A stretch of 64,000 nt of DNA from Candidatus Levybacteria bacterium CG2_30_37_29 (GTDB lineage: Bacteria; Patescibacteriota; Microgenomatia; Levybacterales; GWA1-39-11). The position numbers were made by a program, and so were the translations under genes. The stretch covers positions 28,395-92,394 of the forward strand of contig MNYS01000002.1 of NCBI GenBank assembly GCA_001873215.1, written 5' to 3'. Shown here one piece after another: positions 1 through 9,413 of the stretch (position 1 is its first letter; the number at the start of each line of letters is the position of its first letter). The notes below the pieces were generated by a model. It had not been told where the DNA came from and did not search any database. It was given only the letters and a program-made list of their open reading frames with translations.

Positions 1-83
1 TCAATGCGTCTCCGCTTCTTGTAATTTGGTACGAGTTTGATAAGAGGAGAAAGCAAAACCCAAAGTTTAAAATTAAAAAATAA
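1..83 (+). CDS. 3' end of a gene, probably protein translocase subunit SecF (partial)
   Basis: Frame from nt 3 reads NASPLLVIWYEFDKRRKQNPKFKIKK*, resembling the last TM/C-terminus of SecF (..SIFxAxPLL..W). Confidence 0.45.
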   Translation, partial: NASPLLVIWYEFDKRRKQNPKFKIKK

Positions 84-86
84 ACC

Positions 87-236
87 ATGAAATGCGTAAA
101 GTGCAAAAAAGAGATGGAAAAGAGTAGTGATACAAGTTTTGGTAGAGGTGAAAAAGAATATTCTCGAACTATTTATGTCTGCAAAGAAGACGATATCTGG
201 GTAACAATAGAAATTCCAAAAAAAGAAATTAACTAA
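87..236 (+). CDS. Small zinc-ribbon-like protein (49 aa), not in ORF track
   Basis: MKCVKCKKEM...YVCKEDDIWVTIEIP; CxxC...CxxD knuckle pattern; ATG 3 nt after upstream stop. Confidence 0.6.
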   Translation: MKCVKCKKEMEKSSDTSFGRGEKEYSRTIYVCKEDDIWVTIEIPKKEIN

Positions 237-678
237 GTTTTTCTCGAACAACAGAACTTACTAATTGTCCATCCGCTTTGCCTTTTGTTTTTGGCATCAG
301 TGCTCCCATGACTTTTCCCATATCCTGCATGGTTTTTGCTCCTGTTTGGGTTATTGCCTCGTTTACCAATACTTGAACTTCTTCCTCGGTCATTTGTTCA
401 GGAAGATAAGTTTGCAATATTTCAAGTTCGAGTTTTTCCTTATCTGCGAGTTCTTGCCGTCCGCCTTTTTCGTACATTTCGATTGACTCGCGTCTCTTTT
501 TAATTTCCCGACCGATTACATCCATAACGTCTTCGTCTGTTGCCTCGTATCCTGCCCCGCCTTTTTGAATTTCAAAATATTGAAGAGCGGATTTTAACAT
601 CCGGATAGTTGAAAGTTTTTCAACTTCTTTTGCGAGCATAGCCTGTTTTAGGTCTTCCTGAATTTTATCTTTTAACAT
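229..678 (-). CDS. GatB/YqeY domain protein
   Basis: LKQAMLAKE..IRMLKS..EIKKRRES..Y..GGR.EL..YLPEQM..DMGKVMG..GKADG motif set; start moved to ATG 678 (TATAAT 6 nt upstream). Confidence 0.9.
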   Translation of the reverse strand: MLKDKIQEDLKQAMLAKEVEKLSTIRMLKSALQYFEIQKGGAGYEATDEDVMDVIGREIKKRRESIEMYEKGGRQELADKEKLELEILQTYLPEQMTEEEVQVLVNEAITQTGAKTMQDMGKVMGALMPKTKGKADGQLVSSVVREKLS

Positions 679-703
679 ACAGATATTATACAATAATGGT
701 TAG

Positions 704-765
704 TTAGTTAATAGTTCACGGTAAAAGAGAGATGTCGTTCTTAGTTAATAGTTCACGGTTCACGG
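704..765. repeat. 19-bp direct repeat TTAGTTAATAGTTCACGGT x2 plus heptamer-like units downstream of four-helix-bundle gene
   Basis: Identical copies at 704-722 and 741-759, extra TCACGG at 760-765. Confidence 0.85.
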
Positions 766-1106
766 AGAGAAGTTTTAAGAGCGTTAAGCATTTTAGTTAT
801 TATATTGCACTTATTGTAAAGTTCAAGAAATTTTGTTTCCTCTATATACTTTCTTCTTTTAGCAATTGTAAGAATAGCAATGCATTCATAACAAGAACCT
901 CGTGATAAATCTATAAAGTGCCTAAAATCCTTCTTTGTCCTGCTTGTTCCTTCAGCAATATTTAATGTTATAGAAACAGACGCTCTCCTTAATTGATTGG
1001 TAAGTCCGAACAGCTCATTCTTGGGAAACTGTTTTGTAATAAAATAAATTTCGTCATTAAAACTAAGCGCTTCTTGGTAAACACGAAGATCCTCAAACTT
1101 AAACAT
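753..1106 (-). CDS. Four helix bundle protein (23S rRNA IVP / bAvd-like family)
   Basis: F.FEDL.VYQ..FPKNE.FGLTNQLRRASVSI.LNIAEG..F..LSRGS..E family signature. Confidence 0.92.
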   Translation of the reverse strand: MFKFEDLRVYQEALSFNDEIYFITKQFPKNELFGLTNQLRRASVSITLNIAEGTSRTKKDFRHFIDLSRGSCYECIAILTIAKRRKYIEETKFLELYNKCNIITKMLNALKTSLREP

Positions 1107-1115
1107 ATTTAATTA

Positions 1116-1145
1116 CTGTGAACAGTTAGCAGTGAACTAGCTAAC
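1116..1145. repeat. GTGAAC-containing units upstream of four-helix-bundle gene, inverted relative to downstream repeats
   Basis: CTGTGAACAG..AGTGAACTAGCTAAC; reverse complement GTTAGCTAGTTCAC resembles downstream GTTAATAGTTCAC. Confidence 0.6.
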
Positions 1146-2510
1146 GCTTATTTCATGTATTCTTTTGAGTAAATGATCACGATTGTTTAGTTCTAGATTT
1201 TCGTCTACTTCCTCAAAAAGTGTTTGGAGAATTTTTCCGACAGCAGGTCCAGGATCAATGTTTAATTCTTTCATAACATCCGTTCCGTTAACGGCGAGGT
1301 CATTTATTGAAAAAGGCGGATTTAGCTGTTCATTTAATCTTTCCTTAAATTTCTTAAGACGCCAACTTTCCGCGAATTGTGTTCCTCCTCCAAGTCTATC
1401 GCCAATCCGCAAATCTATCATGTCATTAACGTTTTCAACACCAACGCGGCGGATAAATCTGCGGATTGCGCTATCCGTTATGTGCTCGTCGATAGTAAAC
1501 ATATGCCATCGAATAAGCGTATGAATTTTTTCCCGCTGTTTTTTTGAAAATCTCAATCTGTCTGCAATTTCGCTTGCGATTTTTGCGCCCCTTACTTCAT
1601 GATTATAAAAAATAACTAGTCCGTTCTCATCTTTTGATTCAACACTTGGTTTCCCAACGTCATGTAAAAGTGTTGCAAATCTTACAACTGGATCTTTTGA
1701 TGGACAGTTCTTTAAAGACAATACATTGTGGTCAAAAACGTCTGTTGTGTGATGTCTGCCTGGTCTCGCTTGGGAAACGCTTTTCCCGTCAATTAATTCG
1801 GGAATAATATGTTTTAAAAGTCCTGCAGTGTCAAAAAGCATAACTCCTTCGTAGGGGTTATTGGTTGCAAGAGTTTTTAGCAATTCATCTCTAATCCTTT
1901 CTTTTGAAATCTGATTGATAGTTTTTGCTTTTTCTATTACTGCATCCCATGTTTTTGGTTCTATTTCAAACTGCAATTGTGTAGCTATGCGAATTGCGCG
2001 CAATAATCGGAGAGCATCTTCGGCAAAACGCTCTATGGGATTTCCTACCGCACGGATTATTTTTTTTTCAAGATCAAGTTTTCCCCCATATGGATCAATA
2101 ATGTTTTCTTCTCCATCTTTGTTAATTGAAAGCGCAATTGCGTTGATAGTAAAATCACGTCTTGTAAGATCTTCTTCTATAGTTTTTCCCCATTCTACTT
2201 TTTCCGGATGTCTATTATCTGAATATGACGATTCTGTTCTGAAGGTTGTTATTTCAATAATGCCTTTGTGTTCTGTTTCTTCAATGTTTGGAAGCGGGAT
2301 TCCCACAGTTCCAAAAGAATTATCATAAAAAGAATCAGGAAAGAGTTTTTGAATTTCTTCGGGAGTTCCGCTGGTTGCCATATCCCAATCTTTAACTTCT
2401 CTGTCCAAAAGTAAGTCGCGGACACAACCTCCAACAAAAAAAACTTCAAATCCCGAGCTTTTTATTTTGTGGTATATTTCTAGTACATCTTTTTTGACAG
2501 GGAAAATCAT
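1137..2510 (-). CDS. cca: CCA tRNA nucleotidyltransferase / poly(A) polymerase family with HD domain
   Basis: VGGCVRD, DWD, RRDFTINA, EDALRLLRA, LLHDVGK motifs. Confidence 0.9.
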   Translation of the reverse strand: MIFPVKKDVLEIYHKIKSSGFEVFFVGGCVRDLLLDREVKDWDMATSGTPEEIQKLFPDSFYDNSFGTVGIPLPNIEETEHKGIIEITTFRTESSYSDNRHPEKVEWGKTIEEDLTRRDFTINAIALSINKDGEENIIDPYGGKLDLEKKIIRAVGNPIERFAEDALRLLRAIRIATQLQFEIEPKTWDAVIEKAKTINQISKERIRDELLKTLATNNPYEGVMLFDTAGLLKHIIPELIDGKSVSQARPGRHHTTDVFDHNVLSLKNCPSKDPVVRFATLLHDVGKPSVESKDENGLVIFYNHEVRGAKIASEIADRLRFSKKQREKIHTLIRWHMFTIDEHITDSAIRRFIRRVGVENVNDMIDLRIGDRLGGGTQFAESWRLKKFKERLNEQLNPPFSINDLAVNGTDVMKELNIDPGPAVGKILQTLFEEVDENLELNNRDHLLKRIHEISVS

Positions 2511-2531
2511 ATTCTAAAAAGAGTATATCAT

Positions 2532-4175
2532 ATGAAAAAATGGAACATTATAAATAAGTTAAAAAATAATGGAGCAGAGAAGGATATTGTAAAAATTCTT
2601 CTTGCAAACCGAGGTATAAAAACTAAAAAAGACATTGAGGAATTTATTAATCCCAAGCTTACAAGCGTTACCCTTGAGTCTGTTGGAATTGATAAAAAGG
2701 AAGTAAAAAAAACAATTGTGCGAATAGAAAAAGCGATTAAAAAAAATGAAACAATCGTTATTTATGGAGATTATGATGTTGACGGAATTTGCGGCACGGC
2801 AATTTTGTGGGAAACCATCTACGGTTTTTATAAAAATGTAACTCCCTACATTCCTCATAGAGTTGAAGAAGGATACGGCCTATCAATCAAGGGAATTGAA
2901 AATCTAAAAAATAAAAATTGCCGTCTTATTATCACTGTTGATAATGGAATTGTTGCCTACGATGCGATTGAATATGCAAAAAAAGAGGGAATAGATATTA
3001 TTGTCACAGATCACCATTTGCCTTCAAAAAAAGAATTGAATGCTTATGCGGTCGTGCATACGACACAACTTTGTGGAACAAGCGTTGCATATCTTTTAAG
3101 CCGGGAAATTTCCAAAGATAGAAGTTTAGAAAGTTCAGAATTAAATCATTTAGATCTTGTCGCGCTTGCAACTGTTGCAGATATGGTTCCTTTGCTCGAT
3201 GCAAACAGAGCGCTCTTAAAGTTTGGATTAGACTCTCTTAGAGAAACAAGAAGAGTGGGGTTACTTTCATTGTTTTCAGCTTCAGGAATCGAAAAAGAAA
3301 AAATCGGTACTTATGAAATTGGATATATTATTGCGCCAAGGCTAAATGCTGCAGGAAGAATGGAACATGCAATTGACGGTTTGCGTCTTATTTGTACAAC
3401 CGATAAAAACCGTGCAGCTATTTTAGCCAAAAAATTGAACGAAACAAATAAAGATAGACAGATATTAACAGAAGAAATGAGGCTTCACGCCGAAGAGATT
3501 TCTGAAAAAATAAGCACCTCTGAAAAAATTATTTTTGTTTATGATAAAAGCTACAATCAAGGCGTTGTCGGACTGGTTGCATCCCGGCTTGTTGAAAAAC
3601 ATTACCGCCCATCCTTTGTTGTATCAGTTGGGGAAAAATTGTCGAAAGGATCCGCGCGTTCTATAAAAGGTTGTAATATTATTGAGTTTATCCGTAAGTT
3701 TCAACATTTTCTTATTGATACCGGAGGGCATCCGATGGCTGCAGGATTTACAATTGAGACTTCAAAAATAGAAATCTTTAAAAAAGCACTTGAAGAGCAT
3801 GGAAAAGAGATCATAAAAGACGAGCAGTTAATAAAAAGTCTTGATATAGATCTAGAATTTAACTTTAATCAGATAACCTTTGAAATGTTTGAATCAATAC
3901 AAAAACTCTTACCTTTCGGAATGAAAAACCCCGAGCCGGTTTTTCTCACTAAAAATGTTACAGTTTCCGATATTAAAACAGTCGGTAAAGACGGGAAGCA
4001 TTTGAAATTATTGCTTGAAAAAAATGGAAAAAAAATATTGGGAATTTGGTTTGGAAACGGAAAGAATGACATGAAGATAGGTAAAGAAGTAGATGTTGTT
4101 TATACGATTGATAGTAATTATTGGAATGGAGAGAGCAAGCTTCAGTTAAAAATTAAGGATGTAGGAAAGACTTAA
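2532..4175 (+). CDS. recJ: Single-stranded-DNA exonuclease RecJ
   Basis: GDYDVDG, TVDNG, TDHH, ATVAD, PRLNAAGR, GSARS, GGHPMAAG. Confidence 0.97.
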   Translation: MKKWNIINKLKNNGAEKDIVKILLANRGIKTKKDIEEFINPKLTSVTLESVGIDKKEVKKTIVRIEKAIKKNETIVIYGDYDVDGICGTAILWETIYGFYKNVTPYIPHRVEEGYGLSIKGIENLKNKNCRLIITVDNGIVAYDAIEYAKKEGIDIIVTDHHLPSKKELNAYAVVHTTQLCGTSVAYLLSREISKDRSLESSELNHLDLVALATVADMVPLLDANRALLKFGLDSLRETRRVGLLSLFSASGIEKEKIGTYEIGYIIAPRLNAAGRMEHAIDGLRLICTTDKNRAAILAKKLNETNKDRQILTEEMRLHAEEISEKISTSEKIIFVYDKSYNQGVVGLVASRLVEKHYRPSFVVSVGEKLSKGSARSIKGCNIIEFIRKFQHFLIDTGGHPMAAGFTIETSKIEIFKKALEEHGKEIIKDEQLIKSLDIDLEFNFNQITFEMFESIQKLLPFGMKNPEPVFLTKNVTVSDIKTVGKDGKHLKLLLEKNGKKILGIWFGNGKNDMKIGKEVDVVYTIDSNYWNGESKLQLKIKDVGKT

Positions 4176-4340
4176 CTATTTGTTGGGTGTTGTATTTTCT
4201 GCTTCTTTGTCTGTTTCAAGTCTTCGTAATTTCTGCCATTCCACAAACTTTCTTTGTTTTCTTGTTTCCTCCTCGGAAGTTTTAACATATGGGTTTGCAA
4301 GTGGTTTTTCGTCGATTTCTATGTCCGGCGCGTCTGGCAT
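4176..4340 (-). CDS. Small hypothetical protein (54 aa), not in ORF track
   Basis: MPDAPDIEIDEKPLANPYVKTSEEE...TTPNK*; fills the gap and converges on recJ. Confidence 0.45.
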   Translation of the reverse strand: MPDAPDIEIDEKPLANPYVKTSEEETRKQRKFVEWQKLRRLETDKEAENTTPNK

Positions 4341-4370
4341 ATTTTTATTACATCAAGCAAGCAAATTTAT

Positions 4371-4604
4371 TTATCGGTCTGGTTCCAAATAGCTATCAAG
4401 CCAGGGCATTGGTCTACCAAGTGGGTATACACGTGTCGGAATCATCTCTATGCCATTAAAAAATCTTATAATATGATTTGGGTTAATATCTGTTTCATAC
4501 GGTTGTTTGGGCCTAAACGCGCCAAACTCAGCATAATCGGGAATATCCATTCCCTGCATGCTTATTAATGTTCTTCTTGTCATGTGTTTTTTTGATTCTT
4601 TCAT
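4371..4604 (-). CDS. Hypothetical protein (77 aa)
   Basis: ORF starting just after a terminator-like hairpin; no recognised motif. Confidence 0.5.
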   Translation of the reverse strand: MKESKKHMTRRTLISMQGMDIPDYAEFGAFRPKQPYETDINPNHIIRFFNGIEMIPTRVYPLGRPMPWLDSYLEPDR

Positions 4605-4614
4605 AATTTTCCAC

Positions 4615-4766
4615 AAAAAAACCCCCGCTTTGTTTTGGGAGTTTGTTCAGCTTTTATTCCGCGCAAACTTCCCTAGCTTCGAATGAAGCTAAGGATAGTG
4701 CGCTTTAATGAACAAAATATTTTCATGCTTACTTTTCATGCTAGCACAGTAAAAAGTGCTTGTCAA
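4615..4766 (-). promoter_or_regulatory. Sigma70 promoter, structured leader and intrinsic terminator (attenuator-like)
   Basis: Minus strand TTGACA-17-TAGCAT; nested stems TTTGTTCA/TGAACAAA, GCGCA/TGCGC, CCTTAGCTTC/GAAGCTAGGG; then AAACTCCC-loop-GGGGGTTT plus T-run. Confidence 0.6.
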
Positions 4767-4795
4767 GTAAGGCTGGTCAGTGTATTATTAAGGTT

Positions 4796-6136
4796 GTGAA
4801 CAGAAGTTTGAGTTTGGATCTGACAAAGAAAATAGGAGAAGAAGTGCTTTTGAAAGGCTGGGTTGAGCGTGTGAGGTCCCATGGCAAAATAGCCTTTTTT
4901 GACCTTAGGGATATGTCAGAAACGGTCCAAATAGCCGCATTTGACGATCTGGCCTTAAAAGTTGCAGGTTTGGGTGTGCAGGATGTGGTTGAGGTGGAAG
5001 GTCTGGTTAAGGCCAGGGAAGAAAGATATATAAACAAAGAAGTTCCAACAGGCTCAATAGAAGTTGAGCTTAAAAGTTTAAAAGTAATTGTAAAATCACA
5101 AGAAATGCCTTTTGATATGGGAGGAAAAGATCTTGACCTTCAGCTTCCGACGCTTCTTGATTACCGTGCGTTAACTTTAAGACATTCGAAAGTCAGAGAA
5201 ATTTTCTTGATTCAATCCGCCCTTCTTTCAGGTTTTAGAAAGGCGGCTGAAAGTCTTTCTTGTGTTGAGCTTTCTGTTCCGACAATTGCTGCAAGCGCAA
5301 CAGAAGGAGGAGCGGAAGTTTTTGACATCAATTATTACGGACACCGCGCATACCTCACTCAAAGCCCGCAGCTATACAAACAGATGATGATTCCTGTTTT
5401 TGAGAGAGTTTTTACGATTTCACACGCATACCGCGCCGAGCCATCCGTTACAACGCGTCACCTATCTGAATCAACGCAAATGGATTGCGAATTTGGGTTT
5501 GTTGATTTTCAAATGCTTTTAGATTTACTTGAAGAGGTTGTAATAAAAATGCTTAAAGAAGTTGAAGCTACATGTGGGGATATTTTAAAAGCTCGTGGGG
5601 TTGAAAAACTACTGCTTGGTAAAACTCCAAGACTGACTTTGCGTGAATCACAAAAAATAATTTATAAAGAAACAGGAAGAGATAATAGAAAAGAAAAAGA
5701 TCTTACTCCACAGGATGAAATTGATATTTGTGAGTGGGCAAAGAAAAATCATAATAGCGATTTAGTAACTATTACTCATTTTCCAACTGCCAAGCGAGCT
5801 TTTTATACGATGCCCGATCCAAATGATCCAGAATACAGTCTTTCTTATGATGTTTTATTTAGGGGCGTAGAAATTTCAAGCGGAAGTCAGAGGATTAGCG
5901 ATTATAATGAACTTGTTCAAACGATAAAAAATAGAGGTATGAATCCTAAAAATTTTGAATTGTATCTGCAGGCTTTTAAATACGGAATGCCTCCTGAGGG
6001 AGGATTTTCTTTTGGTTTGGAACGCATGACGATGCATATTCTAAATCTTGCAAATGTTAGGGAAGCATCTCTTTTCCCTCGGGATATGGAGCGGGTTGAT
6101 GAAAGATTCTCACAAATCGAAGAAAAAGAGGTTTGA
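4796..6136 (+). CDS. aspS: Aspartyl-tRNA synthetase, archaeal-type, probably non-discriminating
   Basis: OB fold GWV..R.HG.I.F.DLRD; TEGGAEVF; LTQSPQLYKQ; YRAE..RHL.E; EISSGSQRI; YGMPP.GGF.FGLER. Confidence 0.9.
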   Translation: MNRSLSLDLTKKIGEEVLLKGWVERVRSHGKIAFFDLRDMSETVQIAAFDDLALKVAGLGVQDVVEVEGLVKAREERYINKEVPTGSIEVELKSLKVIVKSQEMPFDMGGKDLDLQLPTLLDYRALTLRHSKVREIFLIQSALLSGFRKAAESLSCVELSVPTIAASATEGGAEVFDINYYGHRAYLTQSPQLYKQMMIPVFERVFTISHAYRAEPSVTTRHLSESTQMDCEFGFVDFQMLLDLLEEVVIKMLKEVEATCGDILKARGVEKLLLGKTPRLTLRESQKIIYKETGRDNRKEKDLTPQDEIDICEWAKKNHNSDLVTITHFPTAKRAFYTMPDPNDPEYSLSYDVLFRGVEISSGSQRISDYNELVQTIKNRGMNPKNFELYLQAFKYGMPPEGGFSFGLERMTMHILNLANVREASLFPRDMERVDERFSQIEEKEV

Positions 6137-7091
6137 TTTCCTGTCAAAAATTTCTTTCCGGCGTTTTTTTTCAGAAATTAAGCTTGTAAGAAAGATAAAA
6201 CTTTCATATATCTTTTTTTTTCTTTTTTTCCTAAATTTAATTTTTATAACCATTTTTGTTTATTTGTTTCATCTTGTACAAAAAGAAAGTATATCCAAAG
6301 TGCAAATAAAGGAATTGGCGCGACATTTGCTTCCGTATTCTTCTAAATCTCCCGGAGAGCTTCCTGTGTCTGCCAGGTCAATTGCGGTATACGAAAAAGA
6401 TTCACGCGCTTTTGTAATCGAGAAGAATTCAACGCTTCGTTTTTCCCCTGCATCAAGTGCAAAAATTATGACGTCTCTTGTTGCTCTTGAAGCTTTTGGT
6501 ACAGATAAAATACTTAATGCCACAAATATAAATATTGTTGAGGGTTCTAAGATGGGCCTTTTTGAAGGAGAGGCAATAAGTGTTGAGAATTTACTTTATG
6601 GACTTCTGCTTCCTTCGGGAAACGACGCGGCATTTGTTATTGCAAATAGTTATACCGGAGGACAAAGCGAATTCATTTCGCGAATGAATACAAAGGCGCG
6701 TGAATTAAAGCTTTTAAATACAAATTTTATTGATGCAGCGGGATTTGAGGATGATAATTATACGACTGCAAACGACTTGGCAAGGCTTGCGTCGGCGGCT
6801 TTGGAAAATAGTGAATTTAGAAAAATTGTCTCAACAAAAAAAAAGATTGTTTATGACACAAGCGGAAAAATTCCACACGACCTAAAAAACTTAAATGAGC
6901 TGCTTGATGTACCTGGAGTTTATGGTGTTAAAACAGGATTTACGGATGAGGCAGGTGGAGTTTTGGTAACAGCTATCGATGTTAATAAAAAAACATATAT
7001 AGTTGTCGTTTTAAAAAGCGATGATAGATTTGCTGATACAAATGACATAATAAGAGAAGTTGTGAAGAATATACAACTTATTTCCTTCTGA
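6099..7091 (+). CDS. D-alanyl-D-alanine carboxypeptidase (peptidase S11) with N-terminal TM
   Basis: PASSAKIMT (SxxK), SGND (SxN), KTG motif; start uncertain. Confidence 0.88.
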   Translation: MKDSHKSKKKRFDFLSKISFRRFFSEIKLVRKIKLSYIFFFLFFLNLIFITIFVYLFHLVQKESISKVQIKELARHLLPYSSKSPGELPVSARSIAVYEKDSRAFVIEKNSTLRFSPASSAKIMTSLVALEAFGTDKILNATNINIVEGSKMGLFEGEAISVENLLYGLLLPSGNDAAFVIANSYTGGQSEFISRMNTKARELKLLNTNFIDAAGFEDDNYTTANDLARLASAALENSEFRKIVSTKKKIVYDTSGKIPHDLKNLNELLDVPGVYGVKTGFTDEAGGVLVTAIDVNKKTYIVVVLKSDDRFADTNDIIREVVKNIQLISF

Positions 7092-7093
7092 TT

Positions 7094-8146
7094 TTAATTA
7101 CCAATAGAAGTATCGGGGACTGCATTAACGTATGCTGTAAATCCATTTCCTTTAAAAACATAAATTGGGACAGTGTAGCTTTGAGTTTCGTCATCGCTAA
7201 AATAATATCCTAGAAAAACTTCAATTAAATCAAGTGATTTAGATCCCGGATTGTCTAAAAAGACAAACGCTTTTCCTGCTTGTAGATCATCAAATGCTTG
7301 TTGTGTTATTTTGATAGGATATGTTGTAACCATATTTTTATCAACAACATTATGAGTAAATCCTGCTTCTATAATTCTTTGAATGCCGTCCACATTGGCT
7401 AAATAGAAATACATTATTGATTGATTATTGTTTGGGTAATACATTTTAAGCTGCAATCCGTTCTCCGAAAGGTCATTTTGAAACAAATCAACGCGCGCGA
7501 CTTGTGCCTCAAATTGATTGTCTACCGGGATTAACGTTCCGGATGAGAGCTTAAAGTATTTAACAGTTGTTAAATTTGTATCAATGTCGGAAGTATCTAT
7601 GCCGACATTAGCAAGAAATGAAAAAATAAACCTTGATATTTCATCTTTTTTTGCTGTTTGTTCGTAAACTTTTAGAGGCGGGTTTGCTATAAAATTAGAT
7701 TTTATTTGGAAATTGTTTCTATAAATGTCATATGTAATAGTTTCTCCATTTGAATTAGTCCACGATGATTTGGTGTCAGATATTCTTTTCTCGAAAAGTT
7801 TATAGTCTAGCTTCTTTAATTTATCGCGTACGTCTTGAAGAGCACCGAGAATTGGCGGGAATTCGCGCGTTTTGTATACTTTCATTCTGTCAGGAGATGC
7901 TGGAAGAGTTTTGTTAACAGTATTAATCCTGTATTCAATACGGGTAATATTTTGGGAAGGGAAAGAAACTATCGGGAGCTTTCCGAATTTTTCTTCAGGA
8001 GGTGGAAGGGGAGTAGGAAAAAATATTTTTTTAAATAAGGTTGCGCCGTTTACGGTTAGATACAAAATAAACATAACACTTCCGACAATTGCCAAAATTT
8101 TTAAAAGGATTCGCGTTTCACGGGTAATTTTTACAAGAGTTGCCAT
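7094..8146 (-). CDS. Hypothetical membrane-anchored protein
   Basis: 350 aa ORF, N-terminal TM followed by Pro-rich linker, C-terminal P.YVF.G. Confidence 0.7.
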   Translation of the reverse strand: MATLVKITRETRILLKILAIVGSVMFILYLTVNGATLFKKIFFPTPLPPPEEKFGKLPIVSFPSQNITRIEYRINTVNKTLPASPDRMKVYKTREFPPILGALQDVRDKLKKLDYKLFEKRISDTKSSWTNSNGETITYDIYRNNFQIKSNFIANPPLKVYEQTAKKDEISRFIFSFLANVGIDTSDIDTNLTTVKYFKLSSGTLIPVDNQFEAQVARVDLFQNDLSENGLQLKMYYPNNNQSIMYFYLANVDGIQRIIEAGFTHNVVDKNMVTTYPIKITQQAFDDLQAGKAFVFLDNPGSKSLDLIEVFLGYYFSDDETQSYTVPIYVFKGNGFTAYVNAVPDTSIGN

Positions 8147-8198
8147 ATTTATAAGGTACTATTTGAGTATACGCAAGACTTCGTGTAAAATTCAAGAT

Positions 8199-9413
8199 AT
8201 GAATGTAAATGTGCGTTTTGCTCCAAGTCCCACAGGAACGCTTCATGTTGGAGGAATTAGAACTGCTCTTTTTAATTATTTTTTTTCAGAGTCTAATAAG
8301 GGAACTTTTATTCTTAGAAACGAAGATACAGATCAAGCAAGAAAGGTTGAGGGATCGCTTGAGGTAACAGAGCAATCTTTAAAATGGCTTGGTGTTTCTT
8401 GGGATACATTGGTTACTCAGTCGGAACGGTTGGAGCATTACAAAAAATACGCGATGCATCTTGTTTCTGACGGGAAAGCAAAAGAAGAAGAAGGCGCAAT
8501 TAGATTTTTTGTTCCGAAGACAGACAAAACATCATGGACAGATGCGATTGGTAACAAAGAGATAATATTTGAAAATAAAGACATTGAAGATTTTATAATT
8601 CTTAAAAAAGACGGTTTTCCAACATACCATTTAGCAAATGTAGTAGACGACCATTTAATGGAAATAACGCATGTTATAAGGGGGGAAGATTGGATTCCGT
8701 CAACTCCCAAGCATATACTTTTGTATCAAGCTTTTGAATGGAACGTACCTATATTTGCCCATGTGCCAAATGTTTTGGGAATTGATGGAAAAAAGCTTTC
8801 AAAAAGAAGAGGTGCAAAATCAGTTTTGGATTTTAAGGGAGAAGGGTATTTAGCCGAAGCTCTTTTGAATTACTTAATGCTCCTTGGGTGGTCACCAAAA
8901 GATGACCGTGAAATTTTATCAAAAGAGGAAATTATAAAAGATTTTTCTCTGGAAAAAATAAATTCGGCACCCGCAATATTTGATTCAAAAAAACTTGATT
9001 GGTTAAACGGAGAATATATCCGGAGTTTGGGCGACAAAGAGTTAGGTAATAGGTTGTTAGAATTTGATTCGAATATTTCTAATATCCCTAATTTTGAGAA
9101 ATATTTACCTCTTGCCAAAACAAGAATGAAAACACTTGCTGATTTTCGCCTCCTTGTGGAAGATAAAAATGTCCAGTTGCTTGATAAACAAAGAGATTTG
9201 AATATTAATCTTGAGAAGAATTATCTTAATCTAAAACAATGGACAGCCCCGTTTATTTTGCCAGCTACATTTTCAGCAAGAGATGAATCGGGAGCTACAA
9301 CTCAAGATATATATACTGTATTGACAGGAAAACCAAGCGGATTACCCTTTTCTGAGAAGCTTGAAATAGAGGGCAGAGAAAAAACTCTTGAACGTCTTAG
9401 AAAACAAAAATGA
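8199..9413 (+). CDS. gltX: Glutamate--tRNA ligase (compact)
   Basis: RFAPSPTG.LHVGG, R.EDTD, PTYHLANVVDD, IRGEDW, KLSKR; true start ATG 8199. Confidence 0.95.
   Translation: MNVNVRFAPSPTGTLHVGGIRTALFNYFFSESNKGTFILRNEDTDQARKVEGSLEVTEQSLKWLGVSWDTLVTQSERLEHYKKYAMHLVSDGKAKEEEGAIRFFVPKTDKTSWTDAIGNKEIIFENKDIEDFIILKKDGFPTYHLANVVDDHLMEITHVIRGEDWIPSTPKHILLYQAFEWNVPIFAHVPNVLGIDGKKLSKRRGAKSVLDFKGEGYLAEALLNYLMLLGWSPKDDREILSKEEIIKDFSLEKINSAPAIFDSKKLDWLNGEYIRSLGDKELGNRLLEFDSNISNIPNFEKYLPLAKTRMKTLADFRLLVEDKNVQLLDKQRDLNINLEKNYLNLKQWTAPFILPATFSARDESGATTQDIYTVLTGKPSGLPFSEKLEIEGREKTLERLRKQK

Noticed and set aside
753-1106. Diversity-generating retroelement suggested by the bAvd-like gene
   Set aside because: No reverse transcriptase and no TR/VR repeat pair seen in the window.
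7872-8198. 109-aa N-terminal extension of GluRS
   Set aside because: Overlaps the opposite-strand gene; the conserved start and -10 box point to ATG 8199.
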